Below, in pieces: positions 49,079 to 59,022 of a stretch of 64,000 nt of DNA. How positions within the stretch are numbered: position 1 is the first letter of the stretch; each line of letters opens with the position of its first letter. The notes under the pieces are model-generated. The model made no database searches. It worked only from the letters and a program-made list of their open reading frames with translations, and had not been told where the DNA came from. The translations under genes were made by a program, and so were the position numbers. The stretch is from Candidatus Latescibacterota bacterium (GTDB lineage: Bacteria > Latescibacterota > UBA2968 > UBA8231), in NCBI GenBank assembly GCA_965200315.1, contig OZ241362.1, positions 3,776,001-3,840,000 on the forward strand, given 5' to 3'.

Positions 49079-49830
49079 ACAAAGGTCGAATCGCCGGTAA
49101 AGCGGCCATTGTAACGGGTGCAGCTTCGGGAATCGGGGAAGTCACCGCGCAAGTTCTGGCGCGCGAAGGCGCGTCCGTCTGCGTGGCAGATGTCAACGCC
49201 GCCGGCGGCCAGCGGGTCGTCGATAAAATCAAGGCTGATGGCGGCGAAGCCATTTTCGTCCGCACCGATGTGGGCGAATCCGCCCAAGTCATCGAGATGT
49301 TTGAGCTCACCGAAGCAGCCTTTAGCCGCGTGGACATCGTCCACAACAACGCAATATGGTATCGCCACGGCCCGGCGACCGAACTCGAGGAAAAGGATTG
49401 GGACGGGACGCTGAACATCGGCCTAAAGGCGATTTTCCTCGCCGCCAAATACGGCATCCCGGTCATGCGCAAAACTGGGGGCGGAGTGATTATCAACACC
49501 GGTTCGGTGCATTCCCTGGTCAGCTTTGCCACAGCCACGGCTTACGACGCGGCCAAGGCCGGAGTTTTGGGCCTGACGCGGACCCTCGCCATTGATTACG
49601 GGCCAGACATCCGCGTCTGTGCTGTACTCCCCGGAGCGATTCTGACGCCCTTGTGGGAGGGAGTACCCGAGCGGGAACAGCGGCGCTACGCCAAAATGGT
49701 CCCGGCTCAGCGCTTGGGCACGAGCGAAGACATCGCCAACGCCGTGCTGTTTTTGGCCTCGGACGAAGCGTCCTTCATCACCGGAACTTCGTTGACAGTG
49801 GATGGCGGGATGCTGGCACGGACCGAATAG
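49075..49830 (+). CDS. SDR family oxidoreductase
   Basis: TGAASGIG, NNA, YDAAK, VDGG. Confidence 0.95.
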   Translation: MNKGRIAGKAAIVTGAASGIGEVTAQVLAREGASVCVADVNAAGGQRVVDKIKADGGEAIFVRTDVGESAQVIEMFELTEAAFSRVDIVHNNAIWYRHGPATELEEKDWDGTLNIGLKAIFLAAKYGIPVMRKTGGGVIINTGSVHSLVSFATATAYDAAKAGVLGLTRTLAIDYGPDIRVCAVLPGAILTPLWEGVPEREQRRYAKMVPAQRLGTSEDIANAVLFLASDEASFITGTSLTVDGGMLARTE

Positions 49831-50976
49831 ATGACCAAGCCAGCAGTTAAACCGCAAAATCCCTGCTTTTCCTCCGGCCCCTGCGCCAAGCGGCCGGGAT
49901 GGAATTTTGCGGCCCTAAAAGACTCGGCCGTAGGGCGCTCTCACCGCGCCACAGTCGGGCGGGCCAAGCTGCAAGAAGTCATCGAGCGGTCGCGTGCGCT
50001 GCTGGGAGTACCGACTGATTACCGCATGGCCGTAGTGCCGGGTTCGGATACGGGTGCTGTAGAGATGTGCCTGTGGTCCATGCTCGGTACGCGCGGCGTC
50101 GATGTGCTGTCTTGGGAGAGCTTCAGCAAGGGCTGGGTGACGGACATCACCCAACACTTGCGGCTAGAGGATATACGCGTCTTCGACGCGGATTTCGGAG
50201 AGTTGCCCGACTTGTCCCAAGTTGATTGCAACCGCGACGTAGTCTTCGCGTGGAACGGCACGACCTCCGGGGTGAAGGTGCCCAACAGCGAGTGGATCGC
50301 CGCCGACCGCGAGGGCCTGACCATCTGCGACGCGACGTCTGCGGTCTTCGCCGCGGAGCTGCCTTGGAAAAAGCTCGACGTAGTAACCTACTCTTGGCAA
50401 AAGGTCATGGGCGGCGAGGCCGCACACGGAATGCTCATCCTCAGCCCACAGGCAGTCGAGCGGCTCGTCAGCTTCACGCCACCTTGGCCCGTGCCCAAAC
50501 TTTTCCGCATGACTCAAGGCGGCCAACTCAACGAGGCCCTGTTCAAGGGCGACACCATCAACACGCCCTCCCTGCTGTGCGTGGAAGACGCGCTCGACGG
50601 GCTGCGCTGGGCCGAAAGCATCGGCGGCTTGCCCGAACTCGTGCGGCGCACACAGGCCAACCTCGCGGCGTTAGAACAGTGGGAAGCCGCAAGCGAGTGG
50701 ATCGCGTTTTTGCCCGTACGCCGCGCGATTCGCTCTAGCACGTCGATTTGCCTGCGGATCGCCGATGAGTGGTTTACCGGCTTAACCGAGGACGACCAGC
50801 GGGCAAAAGTCAAAGCACTCGTCGCTAAGCTGGAGGACGAGGGCGTCGCCTACGACATCAACGGCTACCGCGCCGCGCCCCCCGGCCTGCGGATCTGGGG
50901 CGGGGCGACGGTGGAAACCAGCGACATCGAGGCGCTAGTCCCGTGGCTGGATTGGGCGTGGACGGAAGGGGTGTAA
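49831..50976 (+). CDS. serC: Phosphoserine aminotransferase (Methanosarcina/alphaproteobacterial type)
   Basis: [34 protein letters not shown]. Confidence 0.93.
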   Translation: MTKPAVKPQNPCFSSGPCAKRPGWNFAALKDSAVGRSHRATVGRAKLQEVIERSRALLGVPTDYRMAVVPGSDTGAVEMCLWSMLGTRGVDVLSWESFSKGWVTDITQHLRLEDIRVFDADFGELPDLSQVDCNRDVVFAWNGTTSGVKVPNSEWIAADREGLTICDATSAVFAAELPWKKLDVVTYSWQKVMGGEAAHGMLILSPQAVERLVSFTPPWPVPKLFRMTQGGQLNEALFKGDTINTPSLLCVEDALDGLRWAESIGGLPELVRRTQANLAALEQWEAASEWIAFLPVRRAIRSSTSICLRIADEWFTGLTEDDQRAKVKALVAKLEDEGVAYDINGYRAAPPGLRIWGGATVETSDIEALVPWLDWAWTEGV

Positions 50977-50978
50977 CG

Positions 50979-51539
50979 TCAACCTAACAAATCAGCGGCG
51001 GCCAATGCGAGTTGAGGGATCGTCGGCGAGGCGAGGGTGGCGTCGGCTGTGACTTCGACGCGCTGTTGATACGCACCCCCTTGGGGCCGGGCGTACACTT
51101 CGATGCAGCCTTTTTGCAGGTCAATCAGCCACACTTCGGGCAGGCCGGCTTGCGCATAGAGCGGCACCTTGACCTGGCGGTCGTAGTCGGCCGACGTATC
51201 GGCAACTTCGACGGCCAGTAGCACATCGGCTGCCGACGGATGGGCCGCCGCGTAGAAATCGGCGCGGGGACTGAGTAGCACCAAGTCAGGCTCCGGCTCG
51301 GAGTGCGCGTCGAGGGCGATGGGGTCTTGGACGCCGATCAGCAGAGAATCCCCGACCATTTTTCCCATCAACAAATTGAGGCGTTTTACACAAGCGGCGT
51401 GGCGGCTGCCGATGGGGCTCATGGCGACGATCTGCCCGGCGATAAGCTCAACTCGGTCCTCTTCGGTAAGGATGGCGGCCTCGGCCATGCGGTAGTATTC
51501 GCCGACTGTGAAGGCGCGGTTTTGCGGCTGAGTGGTCAT
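50979..51539 (-). CDS. Uma2-family (PD-(D/E)XK) endonuclease, copy 1
   Basis: RVELIAG, SEPEPD, LAVEVADTS, KVPLYAQAGLPEVWLIDL. Confidence 0.92.
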   Translation of the reverse strand: MTTQPQNRAFTVGEYYRMAEAAILTEEDRVELIAGQIVAMSPIGSRHAACVKRLNLLMGKMVGDSLLIGVQDPIALDAHSEPEPDLVLLSPRADFYAAAHPSAADVLLAVEVADTSADYDRQVKVPLYAQAGLPEVWLIDLQKGCIEVYARPQGGAYQQRVEVTADATLASPTIPQLALAAADLLG

Positions 51540-51541
51540 AG

Positions 51542-52105
51542 CTATGCCCCCAATACATCAGCAACTGCCAGTTCTAGACGGGCCACCGTCGGCGAGGCGA
51601 GGGTGGCGTCGGCTGTGACTTCGACGCGCTGTTGATACGCACCCCCTTGGGGCCGGGCGTACACTTCGATGCAGCCTTTTTGCAGGTCAATCAGCCACAC
51701 TTCGGGCAGGCCGGCTTGCGCATAGAGCGGCACCTTGACCTGGCGGTCGTAGTCGGCCGACGTATCGGCAACTTCGACGGCCAGTAGCACATCGGCTGCC
51801 GACGGATGGGCCGCCGCGTAGAAATCGGCGCGGGGACGGAGTAGCACCAAGTCGGGCTCCGGCTCGGAGTACGCGTCGAGGGCGATGGGGCTTTGGACGC
51901 GGACGATACCGGCTGGCCTCGGCTGGCGATGCAATAGACTGTTCAGACGATCTACGCAAGCGGCGTGGCGGCTGCCGATGGGGCTCATGGCGACGATCTG
52001 CCCGGCGATAAGCTCAACTCGGTCCTCCTCGGTAAGGATGGCGGCCTCGGCCATGCGGTAGTATTCGCCGACTGTGAAGGCGCGGTTTTGCGGCTGTGTA
52101 GTCAT
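51542..52105 (-). CDS. Uma2-family endonuclease, copy 2
   Basis: Same motifs; near-identical tandem copy at a 566-bp offset. Confidence 0.92.
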   Translation of the reverse strand: MTTQPQNRAFTVGEYYRMAEAAILTEEDRVELIAGQIVAMSPIGSRHAACVDRLNSLLHRQPRPAGIVRVQSPIALDAYSEPEPDLVLLRPRADFYAAAHPSAADVLLAVEVADTSADYDRQVKVPLYAQAGLPEVWLIDLQKGCIEVYARPQGGAYQQRVEVTADATLASPTVARLELAVADVLGA

Positions 52106-52188
52106 AGTAACTCTCCTATATAAGTTGCGCCCACTCCTAGACGATATGGGACTGGGCGCAACCTGCACAAAAACGCATGACGCTGCTA

Positions 52189-53586
52189 CTATTTCTTTTT
52201 ATTACCCGCCTGCAATCGGTCTGCCGCACCCACCGAACCAATGTGCAGCGTATCGTACGCCTGTTGCGCAGTCTCGAACGGCCCCTCGTGCGTCTTTGAG
52301 CCATGCCATTGCAAATTGGTGTACATCGGGTTGGTCGCGTCCGTTTCGCGCTCGCGCTTGGCGCCCCACGCCTCCATTCGCTCCTTCAGCATAGCAACGA
52401 TCCCCGGTTCTTTTTGGGCCAAGTTTTCCAACTCCAGCGGATCGTTGACCAAGTTGTACAGCTCAATCTCGGGCTTGAAGTGAAAGTCCGGCTCCAGCGC
52501 GACGATCAGCTTCCACTCCGGGGTGCGCCAGCCGTGCTTGCGCATCCAAGTACATTCGGTGATGTAGAAGTCCGAGTAGTTGGAGGCTTTCTCACCTGCG
52601 ACCAGCGGCAGTAGCGACTGGCCGTCAAAGGCGATGTCCGTGCGGATGCCGAGGAGTTCGAGGATGGTCGGCACCAAGTCTTGGTGCAAGGTGATACCAG
52701 AGACGCGTTCGCCAGCCGGCAGCGCGCCGGGTAGGCGGACAATCAGCGGCACGTAGAGGGTGTTTTCGTACGTGCCGTGATGGTCGTACCAGCACTCGTG
52801 CTCGTACAGGGTCTCGCCGTGGTCGCCGTTGATGACGATCAGGGTATTGTCGCTCAAGCCCAACTCTTCAACGCGAGTGAGGATGCGCTGAATGCAGGCG
52901 TCCATATAGGCGACAGCACCGTCGTACTGGGCATCGACATAGTGGCGGTCGCGCACTCCGGGCGGCATCCAGTCGGCGAAAAAGTCGCAGAAGGGCTTGA
53001 AGCTAAACACCGGATCCATGCTCTCGTTTGTTGGGTCGAATTCGTCGCCGCTGTAAAACATCCGCTCAAAGGGAGCCGGCGGCAGATACGGGGCGTGCGG
53101 ATCCATGTGGCGCAAGAAGAGAAAGAAGGGCTGCTCGGCCTGCGCTAGCCGTTCCAGTTCGGGAATGGCAACCTCGTTGAGGTTTTCGGCCTTGGGGCTG
53201 CGGCCTTCGACAAACGAACCCCAACTGGCATAGCTGAAATAGCGGTCGAAGCCGCGCGAACTGGGATTGCCGCTAAAGCCTACGCACGAGGTATCGTAGC
53301 CGTTCTGGCGCAGGATTTCGGGGAGGGTGCGGATGCGCTCGGGCAAGCCACCTTGGTGGCGTAGGGCAACGACGCTGGTGCCGAAGCAGTCGAGGCCGGT
53401 GAGCATGGAGGCGTAGGCCGAAGTGGTGGGTATGTGGGCCGAGTAGTTGCGCTCAAAGAGCACGGCGCTTTCGGCAAAGCGGTCAATGTGGGGCGTGGTC
53501 TGGCGGTGGTAGCCATAACAGCTCATATGATCGGCGCGCAGGCTGTCGATGCCGAAGAGAATGACGTTGGGCTTTTTAGCTGGCAT
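52189..53586 (-). CDS. Sulfatase/alkaline-phosphatase superfamily hydrolase
   Basis: PNVILFGIDSLRADH, DPHAPY, GDHGE, VPLI, ELYNLVNDPLE; nucleophile region PTTSAY instead of C/SxPxR. Confidence 0.88.
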   Translation of the reverse strand: MPAKKPNVILFGIDSLRADHMSCYGYHRQTTPHIDRFAESAVLFERNYSAHIPTTSAYASMLTGLDCFGTSVVALRHQGGLPERIRTLPEILRQNGYDTSCVGFSGNPSSRGFDRYFSYASWGSFVEGRSPKAENLNEVAIPELERLAQAEQPFFLFLRHMDPHAPYLPPAPFERMFYSGDEFDPTNESMDPVFSFKPFCDFFADWMPPGVRDRHYVDAQYDGAVAYMDACIQRILTRVEELGLSDNTLIVINGDHGETLYEHECWYDHHGTYENTLYVPLIVRLPGALPAGERVSGITLHQDLVPTILELLGIRTDIAFDGQSLLPLVAGEKASNYSDFYITECTWMRKHGWRTPEWKLIVALEPDFHFKPEIELYNLVNDPLELENLAQKEPGIVAMLKERMEAWGAKRERETDATNPMYTNLQWHGSKTHEGPFETAQQAYDTLHIGSVGAADRLQAGNKKK

Positions 53587-53628
53587 TAGATCCTCTCGAT
53601 TAGGGGTAGGTATTGGCGTGTCATCGGG

Positions 53629-54042
53629 TTATTTGAGGACCGCACCGGGCCATTGGCTGTCGCTGGCCGTCACATCTACGGTAATGCCGTCGGGGTCTTC
53701 GACCTTGAAGGCTCCTTCTTGGATATTGTGGACATCAATCGGCTCTTTGCCTCCCAAGCCGTCGGAAAAAATCTCGTAACCCATGTCCAACAGGCGGCGA
53801 CCGGTCTCTTCGAGGTCGGGCACCCGCACACCGATATGCAGATAGTCGAGCATTCCGCTGACGTGGGGCGGGCGGGCCGGGCCGTTGTGCTGGAAGACCC
53901 GGAAATTGTGGTGGCCGTCGCTGAGGTCGTAGCAGCTTCCGTGGGTCGAGACCACGGGCAGACCGAGGCCGTCGCGCCAAAAGCGAATGGTCTTTTCGAG
54001 GTCTGTGGCCCGGACGCCAATGTGGACGAGTACTGTACTCAT
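53629..54042 (-). CDS. VOC/glyoxalase family protein
   Basis: HIGVRATDLEKTIRFW, HIGVRV, EDPDG. Confidence 0.88.
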   Translation of the reverse strand: MSTVLVHIGVRATDLEKTIRFWRDGLGLPVVSTHGSCYDLSDGHHNFRVFQHNGPARPPHVSGMLDYLHIGVRVPDLEETGRRLLDMGYEIFSDGLGGKEPIDVHNIQEGAFKVEDPDGITVDVTASDSQWPGAVLK

Positions 54043-54200
54043 GGCATTTCTCCTTTCTCGTAGGCTCATAGCCGTTGTGCCATTAGTACCCATAATCTAA
54101 TAAACAAAGCACCGCACGGCACTACCGAGTTTGCAGGCCGGGATACTCTTCGTTTCATTGCATCTTAATGGAAATTTATTAAACTGAAAAAGTTTTTTTA

Positions 54201-54303
54201 TATCAATAAGTTATTGTTTTTTGGTTAGATGGAAAATCCCCCGTAAAACGAGGCAAAAAAAGGGGGCAAATTTCTTGACTTATATACAAATGTTTACTAT
54301 CTT
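54201..54303 (+). promoter_or_regulatory. AT-rich control region: IHF site and sigma70 promoter
   Basis: TATCAA-TAAG-TTA (54201-54213) fits WATCAANNNNTTR; TTGACT (54275-54280), 17 bp, TATCTT (54298-54303). Confidence 0.6.
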
Positions 54304-54342
54304 TTTGTGCAGGTAATCGGAGTAAAAAGGGCCTTTTTTTCG

Positions 54343-54474
54343 GTGGAAATCAAGCACTCAAGACCTCATCGCAAGGAGCAAAATCACAGGCGACGCGAGA
54401 TCATCAATCAGGGCCTGATGTACGCCCTCGTCAGCCTCTTCGTACTCGCGGTAAAACCGCTTCTCAACTCATAG
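54343..54474 (+). CDS. Putative 43-aa membrane peptide
   Basis: GTG start, basic N-terminus then LMYALVSLFVLAV; no clear RBS. Confidence 0.35.
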   Translation: MEIKHSRPHRKEQNHRRREIINQGLMYALVSLFVLAVKPLLNS

Positions 54475-54499
54475 TCGCTAGCCCTAGGAGAGCCGATCC

Positions 54500-54643
54500 A
54501 TGAACCCTATTTTTGCGTTTCACGCCTTGCGCGAAGTGAGCAAAAACAAACGCACCCAGCGCCAAGTAAGCCGGCTAGGGCCGATGTGTACAGGAGCGAT
54601 TTTCGTCGTCTGGAGCTTTCCCGTTTTCCGCTATCTCACCTAA
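54500..54643 (+). CDS. Putative 47-aa membrane peptide
   Basis: AGGAG RBS, MNPIFAFHALREVSKNKRTQRQVSRLGPMCTGAIFVVWSFPVFRYLT. Confidence 0.5.
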   Translation: MNPIFAFHALREVSKNKRTQRQVSRLGPMCTGAIFVVWSFPVFRYLT

Positions 54644-54644
54644 C

Positions 54645-54675
54645 CTTCGGCTGAGCTCAGCCGAGCTGTCGAAGC
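54645..54675. repeat. REP-like palindrome
   Basis: CTTCGGCTGAGCTCAGCCGAGCTGTCGAAG; related GAGCCTGTCGAA at about 56277-56288. Confidence 0.5.
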
Positions 54676-54696
54676 CTAGCCCAAAAGGAGAAACTC

Positions 54697-54906
54697 ATGC
54701 CGCCTATCGCCAAAGATCGCATCGAACGCGCCGCACGAATCTATGCCAGCAACCACGACGCCGGCTCGGCCTTGGGCATTGCCCCGGGCAGCTTTAGCCG
54801 CCTCTGCCGCCGCTACGGCATCGAGACGCCTCAAGCGCGCAAGCGCCGTCAGCGCAGCGAGTGGACGCAGGATCACTTCAGCCTGCACAACCGAGAGGAG
54901 CAGTAA
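54697..54906 (+). CDS. Small Fis-like HTH protein
   Basis: AAGGAG RBS; [24 protein letters not shown]. Confidence 0.75.
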   Translation: MPPIAKDRIERAARIYASNHDAGSALGIAPGSFSRLCRRYGIETPQARKRRQRSEWTQDHFSLHNREEQ

Positions 54907-54907
54907 C

Positions 54908-55321
54908 ATGTCAAGTCTCAACAAGGTTTTACTCATCGGCAACTTAGGGTCCGATCCCGAGACGCGCTTTACCCCCAGCGGCGCTCAGGTGGCCAACTTC
55001 AGCATGGCCACCAGCGAATCGTGGAACGACAAGAACGGGCAGCGCCAAGAGCGCACCGAATGGCACCGCATCGTCTTGTGGCAGCGCCTCGCCGAAATCG
55101 CTGGTCAGTACCTAAAAAAGGGCAGCAAGGTCTACATCGAGGGCAAGCTGCAAACGCGCTCGTGGGAAGATCAGCAGGGCCAGAAGCGCCAGACCATCGA
55201 GATCGTCGCCAACACCATGAAAATGCTCGGCGCCGAGCGAGCCGCCGAGGTCAACGGCAACGGCCATGCACTCGCCGCTGTTCCCGCGGCCGGTCCCGAT
55301 CGCGACGATCTGCCCTTTTAG
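54908..55321 (+). CDS. ssb: Single-stranded DNA-binding protein
   Basis: [36 protein letters not shown]-terminal DDLPF. Confidence 0.97.
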   Translation: MSSLNKVLLIGNLGSDPETRFTPSGAQVANFSMATSESWNDKNGQRQERTEWHRIVLWQRLAEIAGQYLKKGSKVYIEGKLQTRSWEDQQGQKRQTIEIVANTMKMLGAERAAEVNGNGHALAAVPAAGPDRDDLPF

Positions 55322-55369
55322 CCCTTCCACCCTTCCGCCGGGTTGACGCTCGGACGAGATGTATTAGCT

Positions 55370-55406
55370 TGGTCGCGGTCCGCAAAGGATGCGCGGCCAT
55401 TTTTTT
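55370..55406 (+). terminator. Rho-independent terminator after ssb
   Basis: TGGTCGCG...CGCGGCCA stem followed by T7. Confidence 0.65.
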
Positions 55407-55427
55407 ATTCTTTTCTAAGGAGCGATC

Positions 55428-56264
55428 ATGGCGTTTGAACTCAACGCGCCGAGCAAAATAAAGAACATAACGAGCGCGTATTCAGGCCCGCGCTTTCGCG
55501 ACGGGCGGCCCAAAGTTGACGACGATGTCGTCGAACGGATGAAGCGGGTGACCATTGAGGAAGCCTGGGGTGTGCTGATGGGCAAGGGGCATTCGTTTCA
55601 GTTCGACGGCGACTGGATCAACCTGCATCCAAACCGCGTGCTAGTCGGCCGTGCGGTAACGGCCCGCTATATCCCACATCGGCCCGACTTCAACGACGTC
55701 GTGCAGGCCGAGGGCGAGCGGCACGGGCGGATCGGCGGCCAGAATAGCTGGGTCATCGACACCTTAGTCGCCAACGACTTATTGGTCGTCGATTTGTTCG
55801 GCAAGGTGCTGCGCGGGACCTTTATCGGAGACAACCTCGGCACGGCGATCGCGACCAACACTGGCGGTACGGGCCTAATCGTCGATGGCGGTATCCGCGA
55901 CGACCACCGCGTGCGCAAGCTGCCGATCAACGTGCTCTGTAGGGGGCTGCATCCCTCGGCAATCGGCGAGGTGACCATGGCCGAGATCAACGGCCCGGTG
56001 CGGGTGGGTGAGGCAACCTGTATGCCCGGCGATATCGTGCTGGCAACCCCCACGGGCGCAATTTTCGTGCCGCCGCAATACGCCCGCGAGGTCGTGGAGT
56101 CATCCGAAAACACCCGCCTGCGCGACTATTGGGGCAAAAAGAGCATTGCCGACGGCCGCTACACGCCCGGAGAAGTGGATCGCAAGTGGTCGCCAAAGAT
56201 GGACAAAGAATTCGCCAAGTGGAAGGAAACGGCGGACATAGAGGCTATTTTCGCCGAATTATAA
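55428..56264 (+). CDS. RraA/HMG-aldolase family protein
   Basis: LVGRAVT, FIGDNLG, VDGGIRD, PGDIV. Confidence 0.85.
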   Translation: MAFELNAPSKIKNITSAYSGPRFRDGRPKVDDDVVERMKRVTIEEAWGVLMGKGHSFQFDGDWINLHPNRVLVGRAVTARYIPHRPDFNDVVQAEGERHGRIGGQNSWVIDTLVANDLLVVDLFGKVLRGTFIGDNLGTAIATNTGGTGLIVDGGIRDDHRVRKLPINVLCRGLHPSAIGEVTMAEINGPVRVGEATCMPGDIVLATPTGAIFVPPQYAREVVESSENTRLRDYWGKKSIADGRYTPGEVDRKWSPKMDKEFAKWKETADIEAIFAEL

Positions 56265-56330
56265 AAAACAGGCGTTGAGCCTGTCGAAACGCCACCGGCG
56301 ACGAAATAGGGTAGCTGCACTCGTCTCCTT

Positions 56331-57410
56331 TCACCGCGCCAGCCAAGCACTGAAGCGCTCGTTCATTTCGTCCATGTTGTCGCTCCACCAGCGCCAGTCG
56401 CTGCGCAGTGCGCCCGCCGCGTTGGCTGGATATGTAGGCATGTGCGGAGCCATTGTCTCACCGGTCTCGGCATGCGCATGCACCAAGTCCATGCCCGAAC
56501 GACGCGCTGGCGCATAGGCGATATGGCAGCCCACACCGGCCATGGACGACGGCCGCGCCGCAAAGGCGAGGAACTTGCGCGCGGCCTCCAAATTTGGCGC
56601 ACCCGCCGCGATGACTAACTGGCCCGTGTCCAGCACTTGGCCGTCCCAGACGATGGTAAACGTCTGCTTCTCCAAGACCTGCGCGTTGAAGATGCGCCCG
56701 TTGTACGCCGTGGTCATCACCACTTCGCCATCGGCGAGCATCTGCGGCGGCTGCGCGCCGGTCTCCCACCAAACCACCTGATCCTTGATGGTGTCGAGCT
56801 TGCGGAATGCGCGATTGACTCCTTCGGGCGTGGCGAGGGTGGCGTACACCTCGTCCCGGGGCACTCCGTCGGCCATCAGGGCAAACTCCAAGTTGACGGC
56901 TGGCACGCGCCGCATCCCGCGCCGCCCCGGGAACGTTTCAAGGTCGAAAAAGTCGGCGATGGTCTCTGGTTTGCGCTCCTTAAAATGCTCCGCGTGGTAC
57001 GCATAAACAGTCGAGTAGAACAACGTGCCGATGCCGCACTCGCCCATCGTTTCCGGGTAGAAGTCGTCCTCGGGCGCTTCGCCGTTTGCCCCAAGAGGCA
57101 TCTCTAAGTCCAGCACTTCGAGGAGACCCTCGTCGCAGCCGGTCATGGCATCGGCGAGTTCCATATCTATCACGTCCCAATACACGGCCCCCGCATCCAC
57201 TTGGGCGCGCAATTGGGCGAGGCCGCCGTTGTAGTCCTCCAAGCGGACTTCTATGCCCGTCTCTTCCGTGAACGCCTCGTGATAGCCTTTCGCGCAGGCG
57301 CGCGCATACGAACCACCCCAAGACACCACAGTCAGGGATTCCGCGTTGGCCGCCGCACACCACGTCAGCGCGGCCAACGCCCCCGTCCAAACTAGCCTAG
57401 TTAAATTCAT
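56331..57410 (-). CDS. Polyamine/PotD-like ABC substrate-binding protein
   Basis: Signal peptide, VSWGG, FPGRRG, LEFALMADGV, YNGRI. Confidence 0.9.
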   Translation of the reverse strand: MNLTRLVWTGALAALTWCAAANAESLTVVSWGGSYARACAKGYHEAFTEETGIEVRLEDYNGGLAQLRAQVDAGAVYWDVIDMELADAMTGCDEGLLEVLDLEMPLGANGEAPEDDFYPETMGECGIGTLFYSTVYAYHAEHFKERKPETIADFFDLETFPGRRGMRRVPAVNLEFALMADGVPRDEVYATLATPEGVNRAFRKLDTIKDQVVWWETGAQPPQMLADGEVVMTTAYNGRIFNAQVLEKQTFTIVWDGQVLDTGQLVIAAGAPNLEAARKFLAFAARPSSMAGVGCHIAYAPARRSGMDLVHAHAETGETMAPHMPTYPANAAGALRSDWRWWSDNMDEMNERFSAWLAR

Positions 57411-57416
57411 AATCGC

Positions 57417-58052
57417 TTACTTTCTTGGCTGCGGGGTAACGCGCAAGTAGGGCTTAACTGCCGTAAAGCCCTCGGGGAATTTCTCAGTGGCTTCCTCGTC
57501 CGAGAGGGCCGGGACCACGATGCAGTCGTCGCCATCTTGCCAATTGGCCGGGGTAGCGACCGAGTAATTCGCCGTCAGTTGCAGCGAGTCGATCACGCGC
57601 AAAATTTCGTCGAAGTTGCGGCCGGTCGAGGCCGGGTACGTCAGCGTCAACTTGACCTTTTTGTCCGGGCCGATGACAAAAACCGAGCGCACGGTCATAT
57701 TGTCGAGCGCGTTGGGGTGGATCATGTCGTAGAGCCCGGAGACCTTGCGGTCGGGATCGGCGATCATCGGAAAATTGACATGGGCGTTTTGGGTCTCGTT
57801 GATGTCGTCGATCCAGCCCTCGTGATCGTCAACCGAGTTAACGCTCAAGGCGATGACCTTGACGCCGCGCTTTTTGAACTCCTCTTCGATATTGGCCACT
57901 ACACCTAACTCTGTGGTGCAGACCGGGGTGAAGTCGGCGGGGTGGGAAAAGAGCACTCCCCAAGAGCCGCCGAGCCATTCGTGAAAGTTGATGGGGCCTG
58001 CGGTGGTTTCCGCACTGAAATTCGGGGCTTCGTCGCCGAGTCGGATTGCCAT
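57417..58052 (-). CDS. 1-Cys peroxiredoxin (Prx6 type)
   Basis: FSHPADFTPVCTTE, YPASTGRNFDEILR. Confidence 0.96.
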   Translation of the reverse strand: MAIRLGDEAPNFSAETTAGPINFHEWLGGSWGVLFSHPADFTPVCTTELGVVANIEEEFKKRGVKVIALSVNSVDDHEGWIDDINETQNAHVNFPMIADPDRKVSGLYDMIHPNALDNMTVRSVFVIGPDKKVKLTLTYPASTGRNFDEILRVIDSLQLTANYSVATPANWQDGDDCIVVPALSDEEATEKFPEGFTAVKPYLRVTPQPRK

Positions 58053-58127
58053 GATGGTTCTCCTTACTTCCTGCGTGTGAGAGGGTTAAAAACGAGTGCT
58101 TAAATATCAAAGTACACCTAGCGGTCG

Positions 58128-58955
58128 TCAATTAGTCGCCAACAGCCGCTTGAGATAGCGAGCGCTTGCGCGGACCGCGGCTTCTGTGCCCAGTTCGGCC
58201 GAGGCCTGATGGACTGTTACATAGCCCTCGTAGCCGACCGCACGCAGCGCGTCAATCAGCGGCGCAAAGCTAATCCCTCCTTCCTCCCACAAGGGAATCT
58301 GGCGGAACCGCACCTCGCCGCGGCACCACGTATTGAGCGCGTCTGGACCATCGGCGGTCAAGACGTGATTTTGCAGATACACATTGAATAGGTGCGGCGC
58401 AAAGCGGCGGATGGTATCGAGCCTATAAGGCTGGCCGCATAGCTCTAGATTGGCTGGTTCGTAGATCAGGCCGAAATTGGCGCGGCCAATGCTCGCCAAA
58501 ACTTGCAGCGAGCGGTCGATTTCCTCGAAGAGGCTGCGGGTGTGGCACTGGTGCGCGAGGCGCAGACCGCGCTCGGCGGCTTCGTCCGCGGCCCGGCGTG
58601 CCCAAGCGATATCTTCGTCTTTTTTCAAGCAGACGCGCAGCAGCGGAGCGCCGAGCTGTTCGGCCAAGTTGAGATAGGGCGTTATATTGCGGAGGGCATC
58701 CGGCCCTTGATCGGAGTTTTCCGGGATGGGAAAGTCGCCGGTGAGCATGGAGACGGCCAGCGGGTAGCGGTCGAGCAGGGCGCGCACAGCGGCGACCGTC
58801 TCTGGCGGGCTGTGGACGCCCACTTGCGAAGCGCGCATACACAGCCCGCTGTACCCGTGGTCGGTGGCGAGGGCTGCCAATTGCTCGAGCGTCATATTGG
58901 CTTCGCGCTTGGCGTGGAATTTTTCGGCCACGCGGACCGAGAGCGAAAGTTTCAT
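58128..58955 (-). CDS. Sugar phosphate isomerase/epimerase family protein
   Basis: TIM-barrel pattern AHQCH, IYEPAN, VYLQN, GYEGYVTV. Confidence 0.75.
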   Translation of the reverse strand: MKLSLSVRVAEKFHAKREANMTLEQLAALATDHGYSGLCMRASQVGVHSPPETVAAVRALLDRYPLAVSMLTGDFPIPENSDQGPDALRNITPYLNLAEQLGAPLLRVCLKKDEDIAWARRAADEAAERGLRLAHQCHTRSLFEEIDRSLQVLASIGRANFGLIYEPANLELCGQPYRLDTIRRFAPHLFNVYLQNHVLTADGPDALNTWCRGEVRFRQIPLWEEGGISFAPLIDALRAVGYEGYVTVHQASAELGTEAAVRASARYLKRLLATN

Positions 58956-59022
58956 GGAGTTCCTCGCGGTTGGGGTTGTTGGCGGCTTCGGGTAATCTGC
59001 ACAAAGAAAGGATAGCAAACCA

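Noticed and set aside
50979-52105. Diversity-generating retroelement template/variable repeat pair
   Set aside because: Differences are not adenine-specific, both copies are full ORFs, and no reverse transcriptase is in the window
39833-52105. Integron cassette array explaining the small inserted genes
   Set aside because: No integrase and no recognisable attC (RYYYAAC...GTTRRRY) structures
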